DNA of 64,000 nt from Acidobacteriota bacterium (GTDB lineage: Bacteria; Acidobacteriota; Polarisedimenticolia; J045). The DNA lies in assembly GCA_030949985.1 (NCBI GenBank), contig JAUZRX010000010.1, positions 85,148 to 149,147 on the forward strand. The letters are read 5' to 3'. Numbering within the stretch: position 1 is the first letter of the stretch; each line of letters starts with the position of its first letter. The position numbers were made by a program, and so were the translations under genes. Of the stretch, positions 29,501 to 37,012 are shown one piece after another. The notes below the pieces were generated by a model. That model saw only the letters and a list, made by a program, of their open reading frames with translations. It had not been told where the DNA came from and did no database searches.

Positions 29501-30616
29501 GGCTGCGAAGAGACCCGCTCGCTGGGTCGTGCTTTTCGCCTGATGGCCCGTTCCCTCGCCCGGCAGCAACGGGGACTCGAACGTCGGCGGGCGGCGATCG
29601 AGACCATCATCGCCAGCATCCCCCTGGCCGTGATGGCCGTCACCCGGGACCGCAGGGTCTGGGCCGCCAACCCGCGGGCGGGACAGCTCCTGGGAGTCAC
29701 CCCCGCCGAAGCGCTGCGGCTCGGGAACGATCCCCTGGCCCGCACGGTGGAGCGCCTGGTCGGCCAGGGCGGCGAGCGCCGGGAGAGCCTCGAGATCGAC
29801 GAGGGGGACCGGCATCGCCACCTGCGGGTCTCCGCCCTCGACCTGCCCGGACTGGAAGAGGGACGCGGCCTGCGGCTGATCGTCATCGAGGACCTGACCG
29901 ACGCGGTGCAGTCCGAGCGGCTGGCGGCCTGGGCCGAAATGGCCCGGCGCATCGCCCACGAGATCAAGAATCCCCTGACGCCGATCAGCCTGATGGTCTC
30001 CCACGTCCAGCGCCTGCTCGAGCGCCGGGACCCCGGGCTCGAGCAGAGCCTGACCCGCGCCCTGGCCACCATCGACGAACAGGTGCAGGTGCTGCGGGAG
30101 ACCGCCCGGGAGTTCGCCGACTACTCCCACCTGCTCCACGCCAGCCTGGAACCGGTGGACCTGGCCCCCGAGGTGCGTACGTGGCTGGCGGCCTACGCCA
30201 TGGCGGAAGATGACGCCACGCCGCTGGAGATGGACGGACCCGCGAACCTGCCGCCCCTGCCCGCCGACACCCGGTTGCTGCGCCGGGCGGTGGTCAACCT
30301 GGTGGACAACGCCCGGGCGGCGGCCGCGGAGACCGGGGGCCGCGTGCGGGTCCGTTGGGGGGTACGGGATCAACCGGCGCCGGCGATCTGGATCCGCGTG
30401 GAGGACGACGGCCCGGGCATCGAACCCGGCACCCTGGGGCGTCTTTTCGAACCCGACGTCACCACCCGGGAGACGGGCAGCGGGCTGGGTCTGCCCATCG
30501 CCCGCCAGGCGGTGGAAGCCCACGGCGGCACCATCGAGGTGGACTCGAGCCCGGGCCGGGGCTCACGTTTCACGGTGGTGCTGCCCCGCCCCGCCGGGTG
30601 CGAGGAGGAGAGTTGA
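26510..30616 (+). CDS. Large membrane-anchored sensor histidine kinase (multi-TM N-terminus, HAMP/PAS, HisKA, HATPase_c)
   Basis: Start at ATGATG 26510 (MMNQRPG...) rather than the GTG 26465 of the track. Hydrophobic N-terminal segments; H-box AHEIKNPLTPISL (NtrB/AtoS-type), N/G boxes VVNLVDNARAA, DDGPGIEP, GSGLGLPIARQAVEAHGG. Confidence 0.8.
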   Translation: MMNQRPGTRPSPRSAVLLPAALALACGLLPYRRAAWAAAALVLWALVFLLATWSRQPRSRLLPAVLLVLGGLATTPEWRPVPGPDHFLAPAAEQVQQRWREQVEILDAAVAPPPPAGGDYAWLDQRRQSLGERGGLTVLPEGGGPPLGWSGWTTPLAAGERARLAASLAPGPALMVLRRGLSLRLVCARRYTDPARWLVAEIALPPEPAPGPLGGGLGPHVQARLRWEAVGEGIQAEIGGTDEGTAPAFWSMIPLQAPDGSLMARATLTQSPPEVIARDHARRRQGLFGLLGTLWLIATAMAGGRGGALRLAVARGVWLVAQPAPLLGLGSAATAPWLPETLLPTHPWARWLAEGLVGRPLDAALTGLALAGVSALVGLPLSPRRRRGIGIGGLALAGTGLGLVHRLTLATELSPGAVVLPEGGGVVAALLMVALAALPWAGFQLALRCLGSAVGGRTWLAAALLAGLTAGSVHALTLPAAGRQRAVRELAPELLQRGWTWENALLETLALAVPPDRRPVLARERDAIDLWWNSPLGRMGLASGVWKYDARGRVVDRFITGVPPVDPEPRLVAADLEDGPTGPFPRRFDAPEVETQRFVEGQFRLVRAEVLRPDGGSWVAAILAEPGNIPSRRADDPLGAAIRAETDKPILPRRGALEPRLAWFDPAGHLLHSELEAGPPAPLAPPTAPRWRRIHEPGSRGYDVYEVADATGTLCLAVVPPGLLEMAAIPVGWAVSLLAGALLTLALHRIEQDPRGAVLGVFPRLRAAAGRFGVQVGLVLVVAGLAPLLALAGAGRAAASAQAHQRLTSDGRRTAHFARRLVEDYLALGEGEPLAATDAEPIAAWLARTLGENLFLWRDGALAAGSRSDLVRAGLWPERLPGRTWRELTLGRRPLLIRREGLLSAAASGAAVVYSPYRGPDGNPGVLTIPLARAGRRYAESLADMDRALLVSTALLLALSFALLRPATRRLVRPLSQLEQATGRLAAGHFDSPIPVAGCEETRSLGRAFRLMARSLARQQRGLERRRAAIETIIASIPLAVMAVTRDRRVWAANPRAGQLLGVTPAEALRLGNDPLARTVERLVGQGGERRESLEIDEGDRHRHLRVSALDLPGLEEGRGLRLIVIEDLTDAVQSERLAAWAEMARRIAHEIKNPLTPISLMVSHVQRLLERRDPGLEQSLTRALATIDEQVQVLRETAREFADYSHLLHASLEPVDLAPEVRTWLAAYAMAEDDATPLEMDGPANLPPLPADTRLLRRAVVNLVDNARAAAAETGGRVRVRWGVRDQPAPAIWIRVEDDGPGIEPGTLGRLFEPDVTTRETGSGLGLPIARQAVEAHGGTIEVDSSPGRGSRFTVVLPRPAGCEEES

Positions 30617-30651
30617 GCCGAAACTGGATCTGGAATGCGACCTTCCCGTTG

Positions 30652-32334
30652 ATGCTGATCTGCGGCATCGCCGCCCCGGGCTGCGGGGGCCCCGGCGCCG
30701 AAGAGCCCGGGGGGCCGGTGCGGCTGGTGGTCGGCCTGGGCGCCGAGCCGGACTCCTTCAACATCTACCTCGCGCGCTCGGCAGCCTCGCTGCTGGTGGC
30801 CGACCTGGTGCTGCCCCGCCTGGCCCGGGAGGAACTGCCCTTCGAGGGACATCCCGGCGGCCTCGTTCCGGACCTCGCCGCGAGCTGGGAGATCGACGAC
30901 CAGGGCCGGCGGGTGACGTTCCACCTGGAGGATGGACACGGCTGGGATGACGGCCGGCCCGTGACCTGCGAAGACCTTCAGTTCACCCTCGCCGCTCAGA
31001 CCAGCGAGGCCGTCGCCTGGCGCGGCGCATCGATCAAGCGCCACATCCAGCGGCTCGTATGTCCCGACCCCCTGACGGCGGTCTACCACTTCGACCGGGG
31101 CTACCCGGGACAGGTCATGGACATCAACGACCTGCACGTGCTCTCCAGCAGCCTCGAGTCGATCCCTTTCGACCAGTGGCGCAAGACCGACTGGGCCCAG
31201 GCCCTGGTGGCCGGCGGCCCCTTCCGTATCGAGAGAGTGTCCGCGGGCCAGGAGATCGTCCTCACCCGCCGCACTCCCGCTGCGGCGGGAGCGATCGAGG
31301 AGATCATCCTGCGCGTCGTGCCCGACGCATCCTCCCGCACGACCCAGTTGCTCGCCGGCGACCTGGACCTGATCGAAGCCGTGGCCCCCGACCAGTTGCC
31401 GCGCCTCGAGCGCGACCCCGACGTGCGCATCGTTCGTCGCCCGGGGCACCGCTACACCTACCTGGGCTGGAACGTGCTCGACCCCCAGGCCTACGCGACC
31501 TGGCGCCGGAGCAAGGAGGACGGCTGCCGCCGGAAAGGAGACGACGCCTGCCTGGACAGCGCCGAAGAAATGGCCCGGCTCGCACGCCTGCATCCCCACC
31601 CCCTGTTCGGCGACCCCCGGGTGCGACGGGCTCTGACCCTCGCCATCGATCGCCGGACCCTGATCGACACCCTCCTCGACGGGGAAGGCTCGATCCCACC
31701 CAGCCCCATGCCTCCACCCCTCGAGGAGCACGATCCGGCCATCGAACCCTGGCCCTTCGACCCCGCCGAGGCTCGACGGCTGCTCGCGGCCGCGGGTTTC
31801 GCCGACACCGACGGCGACGGTGTGGTGGAGCGTGAAGGCCGGCCCCTGGCCTTCCGCCTGACCGTGCAGGCGGGCCGCGCCGGACGGCGCCGGGCGGCGG
31901 AGATGGTCGCCCGGCAGCTCGCTACGGTGGGGGCCCGCGTGGAACTCGACCCGGTCGAGAACGCCGCCTTCTACCCGGCCCTCGGCGCCCACCGCATCGA
32001 CGCCTGGATCGGCGGCTGGCGCACTTCGCTGCGGGTGGACATGAGCGAGATGCTCCACGCCTCGGCCTGCGCCAGCGGCGGGGCCAACTTCGGCTGCTGG
32101 AGCCACCCGGAGGCCGACGCCCTGGCGGAGCGGGCGCGGGATGAAATCGACGACGGGAAGCGGGTCGCCCTCTGGCGCCGGTGGGAAAGCCTCTTCCACC
32201 GGGAGCTGCCCTACACGCTGCTCTATGCCCCCGTCGAAGCGACCGCGGTCCGCTCCCTGTGGCAGGGCCCCGAACAGAGCATCCTCCCCGGCGCGCCCCT
32301 GGCCGGCGTGGAGCGGTGGCGGCGGGAGCCCTGA
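30652..32334 (+). CDS. ABC transporter substrate-binding protein, family 5 (DppA/OppA/NikA-like), lipoprotein
   Basis: Signal peptide with Cys (MLICGIAAPGCGG). SBP_bac_5-like sequence (VRLVVGLGAEPDSFNIYLA..., DGHGWDDGRPVTCEDLQFT). An in-frame TTG at 30613 is an alternative start. Confidence 0.8.
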   Translation: MLICGIAAPGCGGPGAEEPGGPVRLVVGLGAEPDSFNIYLARSAASLLVADLVLPRLAREELPFEGHPGGLVPDLAASWEIDDQGRRVTFHLEDGHGWDDGRPVTCEDLQFTLAAQTSEAVAWRGASIKRHIQRLVCPDPLTAVYHFDRGYPGQVMDINDLHVLSSSLESIPFDQWRKTDWAQALVAGGPFRIERVSAGQEIVLTRRTPAAAGAIEEIILRVVPDASSRTTQLLAGDLDLIEAVAPDQLPRLERDPDVRIVRRPGHRYTYLGWNVLDPQAYATWRRSKEDGCRRKGDDACLDSAEEMARLARLHPHPLFGDPRVRRALTLAIDRRTLIDTLLDGEGSIPPSPMPPPLEEHDPAIEPWPFDPAEARRLLAAAGFADTDGDGVVEREGRPLAFRLTVQAGRAGRRRAAEMVARQLATVGARVELDPVENAAFYPALGAHRIDAWIGGWRTSLRVDMSEMLHASACASGGANFGCWSHPEADALAERARDEIDDGKRVALWRRWESLFHRELPYTLLYAPVEATAVRSLWQGPEQSILPGAPLAGVERWRREP

Positions 32335-32338
32335 GGCG

Positions 32339-33304
32339 GTGCTCCGGTGGATCGCAGGCCGCGTGGCCCAGGCGGCGCTGACCCTGCTGGTGGTAGTGGC
32401 CGCAGCCTTCCTGCTGCTCGAATCTCTCCCCGGCGATCCCCTGCCCCGGGGCGACGACCCGTCGCTGACCCTGGCCGACCGCCAGCGTCTCGAAGCGGTC
32501 TACGCCCTCGACCGGCCTCCCGCCGAGCGTTTTCTCACCTTCGTGAGCCATGCCCTGCGAGGCGATTTCGGCATTTCCCTCAGCCGCCACCGACCGGTCC
32601 TCGAAGTCCTGCTGACGGCCCTGGGACCCACCCTGCTGCTGACCGGAACGGCCCTGGCCATCGCCTTCACCCTGGGCCTGACCCTCGGCACCCGGGCCGC
32701 CCTCCATCCGCGGGGGCCCAGTGGCATGGTGGTCCACCGCCTGCTCCCGGCCCTCGACGCCCTGCCTCCCTTCTGGCTCGGTCTGCTGGCGATCTGGCTC
32801 TTCGCCTGGAAGCTGGACTGGCTGCCCGCCTCTCACATGCGGCGAGCCGGAGCCCAGGGGTTCGATCTCCCCGACCTGCTGCGGCACCTGTTGCTGCCCG
32901 CCCTGGTGATCGGCGTGCCGTCGGCCGCGGCGGTGGCCCGGCACCACGCCACGCGCCTGGCAGAGAGCCTGGCCGGCGCGGCCGCCCTCGCCGGTCGCGC
33001 CATGGGTCTTCCGCGGCGCGTGCTGCTGCGCCGCGCCCTGCGGGAGTCCGCCCAGCCGGTGGTGGCCCTGGCGGGACTGGCCCTGCCGGTCACCGTCGGT
33101 GGAGCGGTGGTGGTGGAGGTGGTCTTCTCCTGGCCGGGACTGGGCCGGGTCCACCACCAGGCCCTCGAAGCCCGGGACCTGCCCCTGGTGCTCGGGGGGT
33201 TGATCCTGGTGGGGGCGGCGGTGCTGGTCGGTGGCATTCTCACCGATCTGCTCGGCGCCTGGCTCGATCCCCGCCAGCGTCTCGGCTCGGAGGAGGCGCG
33301 GTGA
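32339..33304 (+). CDS. ABC transporter permease (DppB/OppB-like)
   Basis: GTG start 5 nt after the SBP stop; N-terminus (M)LRWIAGRVAQAALTLLVVV typical of DppB; six predicted TM helices and BPD_transp_1-like core. Confidence 0.8.
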   Translation: MLRWIAGRVAQAALTLLVVVAAAFLLLESLPGDPLPRGDDPSLTLADRQRLEAVYALDRPPAERFLTFVSHALRGDFGISLSRHRPVLEVLLTALGPTLLLTGTALAIAFTLGLTLGTRAALHPRGPSGMVVHRLLPALDALPPFWLGLLAIWLFAWKLDWLPASHMRRAGAQGFDLPDLLRHLLLPALVIGVPSAAAVARHHATRLAESLAGAAALAGRAMGLPRRVLLRRALRESAQPVVALAGLALPVTVGGAVVVEVVFSWPGLGRVHHQALEARDLPLVLGGLILVGAAVLVGGILTDLLGAWLDPRQRLGSEEAR

Positions 33305-34263
33305 GGCGGGCCTGGCTACTGCTGGCCCTGCTGCCCCTGGCAGCGGCGGCGGGCCCCTGGCTGGCTCCAGCCGATCCCCTGGTCTCCCCCGACCCAGTGA
33401 ACCTCAAACTCCTGCCCCCGGTCTCCCAGGCCCGGGCGCTGGTCCGGCTGGACGGCTCCCTGCTGCCCCTGGCCCGGGACGCGGAACCGGGTTTCCGCGT
33501 GGAAGGCTCACGGGTGCGCTATCTGAGGGGTCGGCGATGGGTCGAGGTGGACCTGGCCGCCTTGCAGCGACAGCCCGGAGGAGCCCCCCGCCTGACGACC
33601 ACGTACTTCCCGCTGGGCACCGATCGCTTCGGCCGCGACCTGCTCTCCCGCCTGCTGGTCGGGGCGCGCACCTCCCTGCTGGTCGGGCTGGGAGCCGTGT
33701 TGCTGGCGGGGTGGCTCGGAGCACTGGCCGGGCTCACCGGCGGCCTGTTCGGCGGCTGGGTCGACGCGATCCTCTCCCGCCTGGGCGATGCCCTGCTGGC
33801 GGTGCCGCGCATCGTGCTGGTGATGGCCATCGCCGCGCTCTGGCGTCCGGCCCCCTGGGGTATCGCCCTGCTGGTCGGGCTGACCGGCTGGGCCCCCATC
33901 GCCCGCATGGTGCGCGCCGAAGTGCGCTCGTGGGCGGAGTCGGAACGGGTCCTCGCCGCCCGGGCCGCCGGAGCGGGCCCGGGACGTATCGCCTGGCGAC
34001 ATCTTGGGCCCCTGGCCGCTCCCACGGTGCTGGTGGCCATGAGCCTGCGGGTCGGTCCCTTCGTGCTTCTCGAGGCGGCGCTCTCCTTCCTCGGCTTCGG
34101 CATCGCCCCCCCCCTGCCCTCGTGGGGCAACATCCTGGCCGACGGCCGCGATCTGCTCTTCGAGGCGTGGTGGCTGACGGCTTTCCCCGGCCTGGCCCTG
34201 GCCCTGGCGGTGCTGCTGGCCAATGCGGGCGCCGACCGCCTGCGGGAAGGGCTGGTAGAATGA
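33301..34263 (+). CDS. ABC transporter permease (DppC/OppC-like)
   Basis: GTG overlapping the upstream TGA (GTGA coupling). DppC-like EAA-loop region (LLALLPLAAAAGPWLA..., FGTDRFGRDLLSRLLVGARTSLLVGL). Confidence 0.8.
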   Translation: MRRAWLLLALLPLAAAAGPWLAPADPLVSPDPVNLKLLPPVSQARALVRLDGSLLPLARDAEPGFRVEGSRVRYLRGRRWVEVDLAALQRQPGGAPRLTTTYFPLGTDRFGRDLLSRLLVGARTSLLVGLGAVLLAGWLGALAGLTGGLFGGWVDAILSRLGDALLAVPRIVLVMAIAALWRPAPWGIALLVGLTGWAPIARMVRAEVRSWAESERVLAARAAGAGPGRIAWRHLGPLAAPTVLVAMSLRVGPFVLLEAALSFLGFGIAPPLPSWGNILADGRDLLFEAWWLTAFPGLALALAVLLANAGADRLREGLVE

Positions 34264-34302
34264 ATCTCCGCTGGCGGGCGGATTCTCGAGGGGGCAGCAC
34301 CG

Positions 34303-35571
34303 GTGCTCGACGCCTACGTGGATACCCAGAAGCGCTACCGCATCCTCAACGAGTTGGGGACGGGAGGCTTCGCCCGGGTACTGCTCTGCCGCGACCGCAT
34401 CCGTCGCGAACTTCGGGCCGTGAAGGTGGCCAATCGCTCCGGCGACGAGTCCCTGCTGCGGGAAGCCCGGGGCCTGCGCTACCTCTCCCACCCGGGCATC
34501 GTGCGGGTCCACGAGGTCGACTGCGACGAGCGGGGCCGCCCCTTCCTGGTGATGGATTTCCTCGAGGGGCCGACCCTCCACGACTTCCTCGAGTTCCACC
34601 GCAAGCTGCCGATGGCCGTGGCGGTGCAACTGGCCGACGAGATCGCCGATGCCCTCGGAGCGATCCACGGTGAAGGCCTGGTGCACCGGGACCTGACCCC
34701 TTCGAACGTGATCCTCGACCGCCGCACCCGGCGCCCGATCCTCTGCGACTTCGGCATCGCCCGGGACCTGGGGCTGTCGACCCAGACCGGCTCGGGCGCC
34801 GGCACCCTGGCCTACATGCCCCCCGAGCAGATGCGGGGCCGCTCCACACCGAAGAGCGACATCTTCGCCCTGGGCGTGCTGCTCTACCAGATGCTCACCG
34901 GCCAGGTGCCCTGGGGCGAGGCCAAGACGGCGATCATCGCCTATCGCATCCTGCGGCTCGACCGCAAGCGCCTCTCGCGGCAGATGAGCAGCCTGCCCGA
35001 GGGCCTGCGGCCGGTCCTCCTGCGGGCCATGGCCCGGGATCCCCGCCAACGCTTCGCCTCGGCGGCGGCCCTGCGGCGAGCCTTGGCCGCACTGCGCGTG
35101 CGCCGCCGCGGCCGCAACCTCGAACAGCTCCTCGACGCCTACTACAACATCCGGCGGGTCTGCTCGGCCTGCGGCTCGGACCTGATCACCCACATGAGCT
35201 ACTGCCCCCAGTGCGCCGATCGCAAGCGCCTGACCTGGTCCGATTCCCTGCCCGGCCGCTGCCAGGAATGCGGCTGGGAAAAGGCCTCCAACTGGCACTA
35301 CTGCGCCTGGTGCGGCAACCCCTTCTCCCGCCCGCGGGGGCGCAAAGATCCCGCCATCGCCCGGGGCCACTGTCCCTCCTGCCGGCGCAGCGTGCCCCTC
35401 TACGCCCGCTTCTGCCCGCACTGCCGGGAGCGCCTGAGCTGGGACGTGGAGTTCAAGGTTCCCTGCCCGAGCTGCGCGTGGGGGGTCTCCCCCCGCTGGA
35501 ACGGCTGTCCCTGGTGCGGACGCAGGCTCCGTCGCCGCCGGGCAGGTCCCCGGCGCGCCGCTCGCCCCTAG
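34303..35571 (+). CDS. Ser/Thr protein kinase with C-terminal array of CxxC zinc-ribbon repeats
   Basis: Hanks kinase motifs (GTGGFARVLLCRD, VAVK-like AVKVA, HRDLTPSNVIL, DFGIA, AYMPPEQ). C-terminal 130 aa contains about 6 CxxC pairs (CSACG...CPQC...CQECGW...CAWCG...CPSCRR...CPHCRE...CPSCAW...CPWCG). Confidence 0.8.
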   Translation: MLDAYVDTQKRYRILNELGTGGFARVLLCRDRIRRELRAVKVANRSGDESLLREARGLRYLSHPGIVRVHEVDCDERGRPFLVMDFLEGPTLHDFLEFHRKLPMAVAVQLADEIADALGAIHGEGLVHRDLTPSNVILDRRTRRPILCDFGIARDLGLSTQTGSGAGTLAYMPPEQMRGRSTPKSDIFALGVLLYQMLTGQVPWGEAKTAIIAYRILRLDRKRLSRQMSSLPEGLRPVLLRAMARDPRQRFASAAALRRALAALRVRRRGRNLEQLLDAYYNIRRVCSACGSDLITHMSYCPQCADRKRLTWSDSLPGRCQECGWEKASNWHYCAWCGNPFSRPRGRKDPAIARGHCPSCRRSVPLYARFCPHCRERLSWDVEFKVPCPSCAWGVSPRWNGCPWCGRRLRRRRAGPRRAARP

Positions 35572-35670
35572 CAGCCCGCTCGACAAGCCTCTTCCGCGCG
35601 GGGGACCGGGCGCCCGGTATCGGCGGCAGACTCTCCCGCCGCCTGCCGATCCGGTGCCCGCGGATCCGTG

Positions 35671-36267
35671 TCAGGGATAGGCCGCCTTGTTCAGGCGGGC
35701 GGTGACCGCCATGGCGGCCTCGAGACGATCGAGATCGATGATGCCGGGGTGGCGCCAGACGGCGTCTGCGAAAAGCAGCGCGAAGGGGCGGCCCAAACGC
35801 ATGGCCGTCTCCACCCCCGCGGCGCCGTCGGGAATCTCCAGCACCAGGCGCAGGCTTCGGGAGGCCCGTTCGAGGCGACGGAAGTCGAAGGCCGTCGCGG
35901 CGCCGCTCCGGGTCGCGCGAGGCTGAACCCAGACCGCGTCCGCCGTCTCGGGGATCGCCGTCGCATCGAGCTGGTCGTGAGCCACACGCACGATGTGGCG
36001 GCGTGCCTGGAGGGGGGGACGGGTCCGGGCGGCGGTGACCACCGCGTCGGCCAGGCCCGGCGCTTCGACCCCCGACGCCGGCAGACACCACAGGTCGACC
36101 AGGGGTGGCACCGCCGCGGCGATGGCCTGCGCCGTGCGGGCATCGATGCCCACCGGCCCGGGCTCTCCCACACGCAGGACCATCCCATCGACCCCCAGGG
36201 CGGCGGCCTCGGCGGCCTGGCCGGGATCGCTGACCCCGTCGACCACGGTACGAGTGGGCAGGATCAC
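35671..36267 (-). CDS. Phosphoribosylanthranilate isomerase (TrpF/PRAI)-like TIM-barrel protein, lacking the canonical catalytic Cys
   Basis: GTG start overlapping the upstream lipoprotein stop (GTGA). Collinear similarity to TrpF blocks (GVDGMVLRV; VPPLVDLWCL vs LPPFV; SGAATAFDF vs GGSGKTFDW; RPFALLFAD...PGIIDLDRL), but N-terminus reads TRTVVDGV instead of KICGIT. Confidence 0.45.
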   Translation of the reverse strand: MILPTRTVVDGVSDPGQAAEAAALGVDGMVLRVGEPGPVGIDARTAQAIAAAVPPLVDLWCLPASGVEAPGLADAVVTAARTRPPLQARRHIVRVAHDQLDATAIPETADAVWVQPRATRSGAATAFDFRRLERASRSLRLVLEIPDGAAGVETAMRLGRPFALLFADAVWRHPGIIDLDRLEAAMAVTARLNKAAYP

Positions 36268-36878
36268 TTGATGCGGAACTTGACGAAAGTCGGCTCGGGA
36301 AGCTCCGGCGCGTCGATCCACATCTCGTAGACCCGCCCCACCAGCCGTCCTTCGGGATGGGAGAAATAGACCAGATCGCTCATCCAGGCGTGGCGGTGGA
36401 GCTGCACGCGATCCTGCACGAGACGCCGCGACCGGGCGAGGGGGAAGAACGACGAGGCGACCCGGGGCCACGGACGGTTTCGGGTTTTCCAGATGCCGAA
36501 GAAGTCCCGGCTCACCTTGACGTCGAAATCGGGAGCCACCACCGCGGCCCTCATCTCCTGCAGCGAAACCATGCCGTAGCGACGGCCGGCGTCGTCGATC
36601 AGGGTGAAGGACTCCCGGCTGAGGCTCAGCGACTTGAGGCCCAGGTTGGTCACACCGATGCCGAAGGGAATCAGCAGGTCCTTCTCCCGCTGCCGGGCCG
36701 CCTCGGTATCCACCGCGAAGGCGATCAGCCTGCCTTCTTCGAGGTAGGTGAAGGGAGTCAGCCGGGGGTGCAGTCCTTCCTCCCGGGGCAGTATGCCGCG
36801 ATAGTGGCAGCCGCCGAGCAGGACCAGCAGGAACACGGCGACGACCCAGCGGCTCATCACAAGGCGGTACGCTCTCAT
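36264..36878 (-). CDS. Hypothetical lipoprotein
   Basis: MRAYRLVMSRWVVAVFLLVLLGGCHY: signal peptide with LLGGC lipobox; GGGAGA RBS. No recognisable family. Confidence 0.5.
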   Translation of the reverse strand: MRAYRLVMSRWVVAVFLLVLLGGCHYRGILPREEGLHPRLTPFTYLEEGRLIAFAVDTEAARQREKDLLIPFGIGVTNLGLKSLSLSRESFTLIDDAGRRYGMVSLQEMRAAVVAPDFDVKVSRDFFGIWKTRNRPWPRVASSFFPLARSRRLVQDRVQLHRHAWMSDLVYFSHPEGRLVGRVYEMWIDAPELPEPTFVKFRIK

Positions 36879-37012
36879 CTTCTTTCTCCCGCCGCTGATT
36901 ATCACCGATGCCGATCGTGGGGGCGAGGAGCCCGCGAAGATCGTTGCGGGCCTGCACCCGCGAAGATTTCACCGTATACCAGGAAGGCTTCGCGCGGCAG
37001 GAGGGTATCGGG

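Noticed and set aside
26540-30523. 1,327-aa minus-strand ORF
   Set aside because: Antisense to the sensor kinase; Gly/Arg/Pro/Gln-rich, no motifs.
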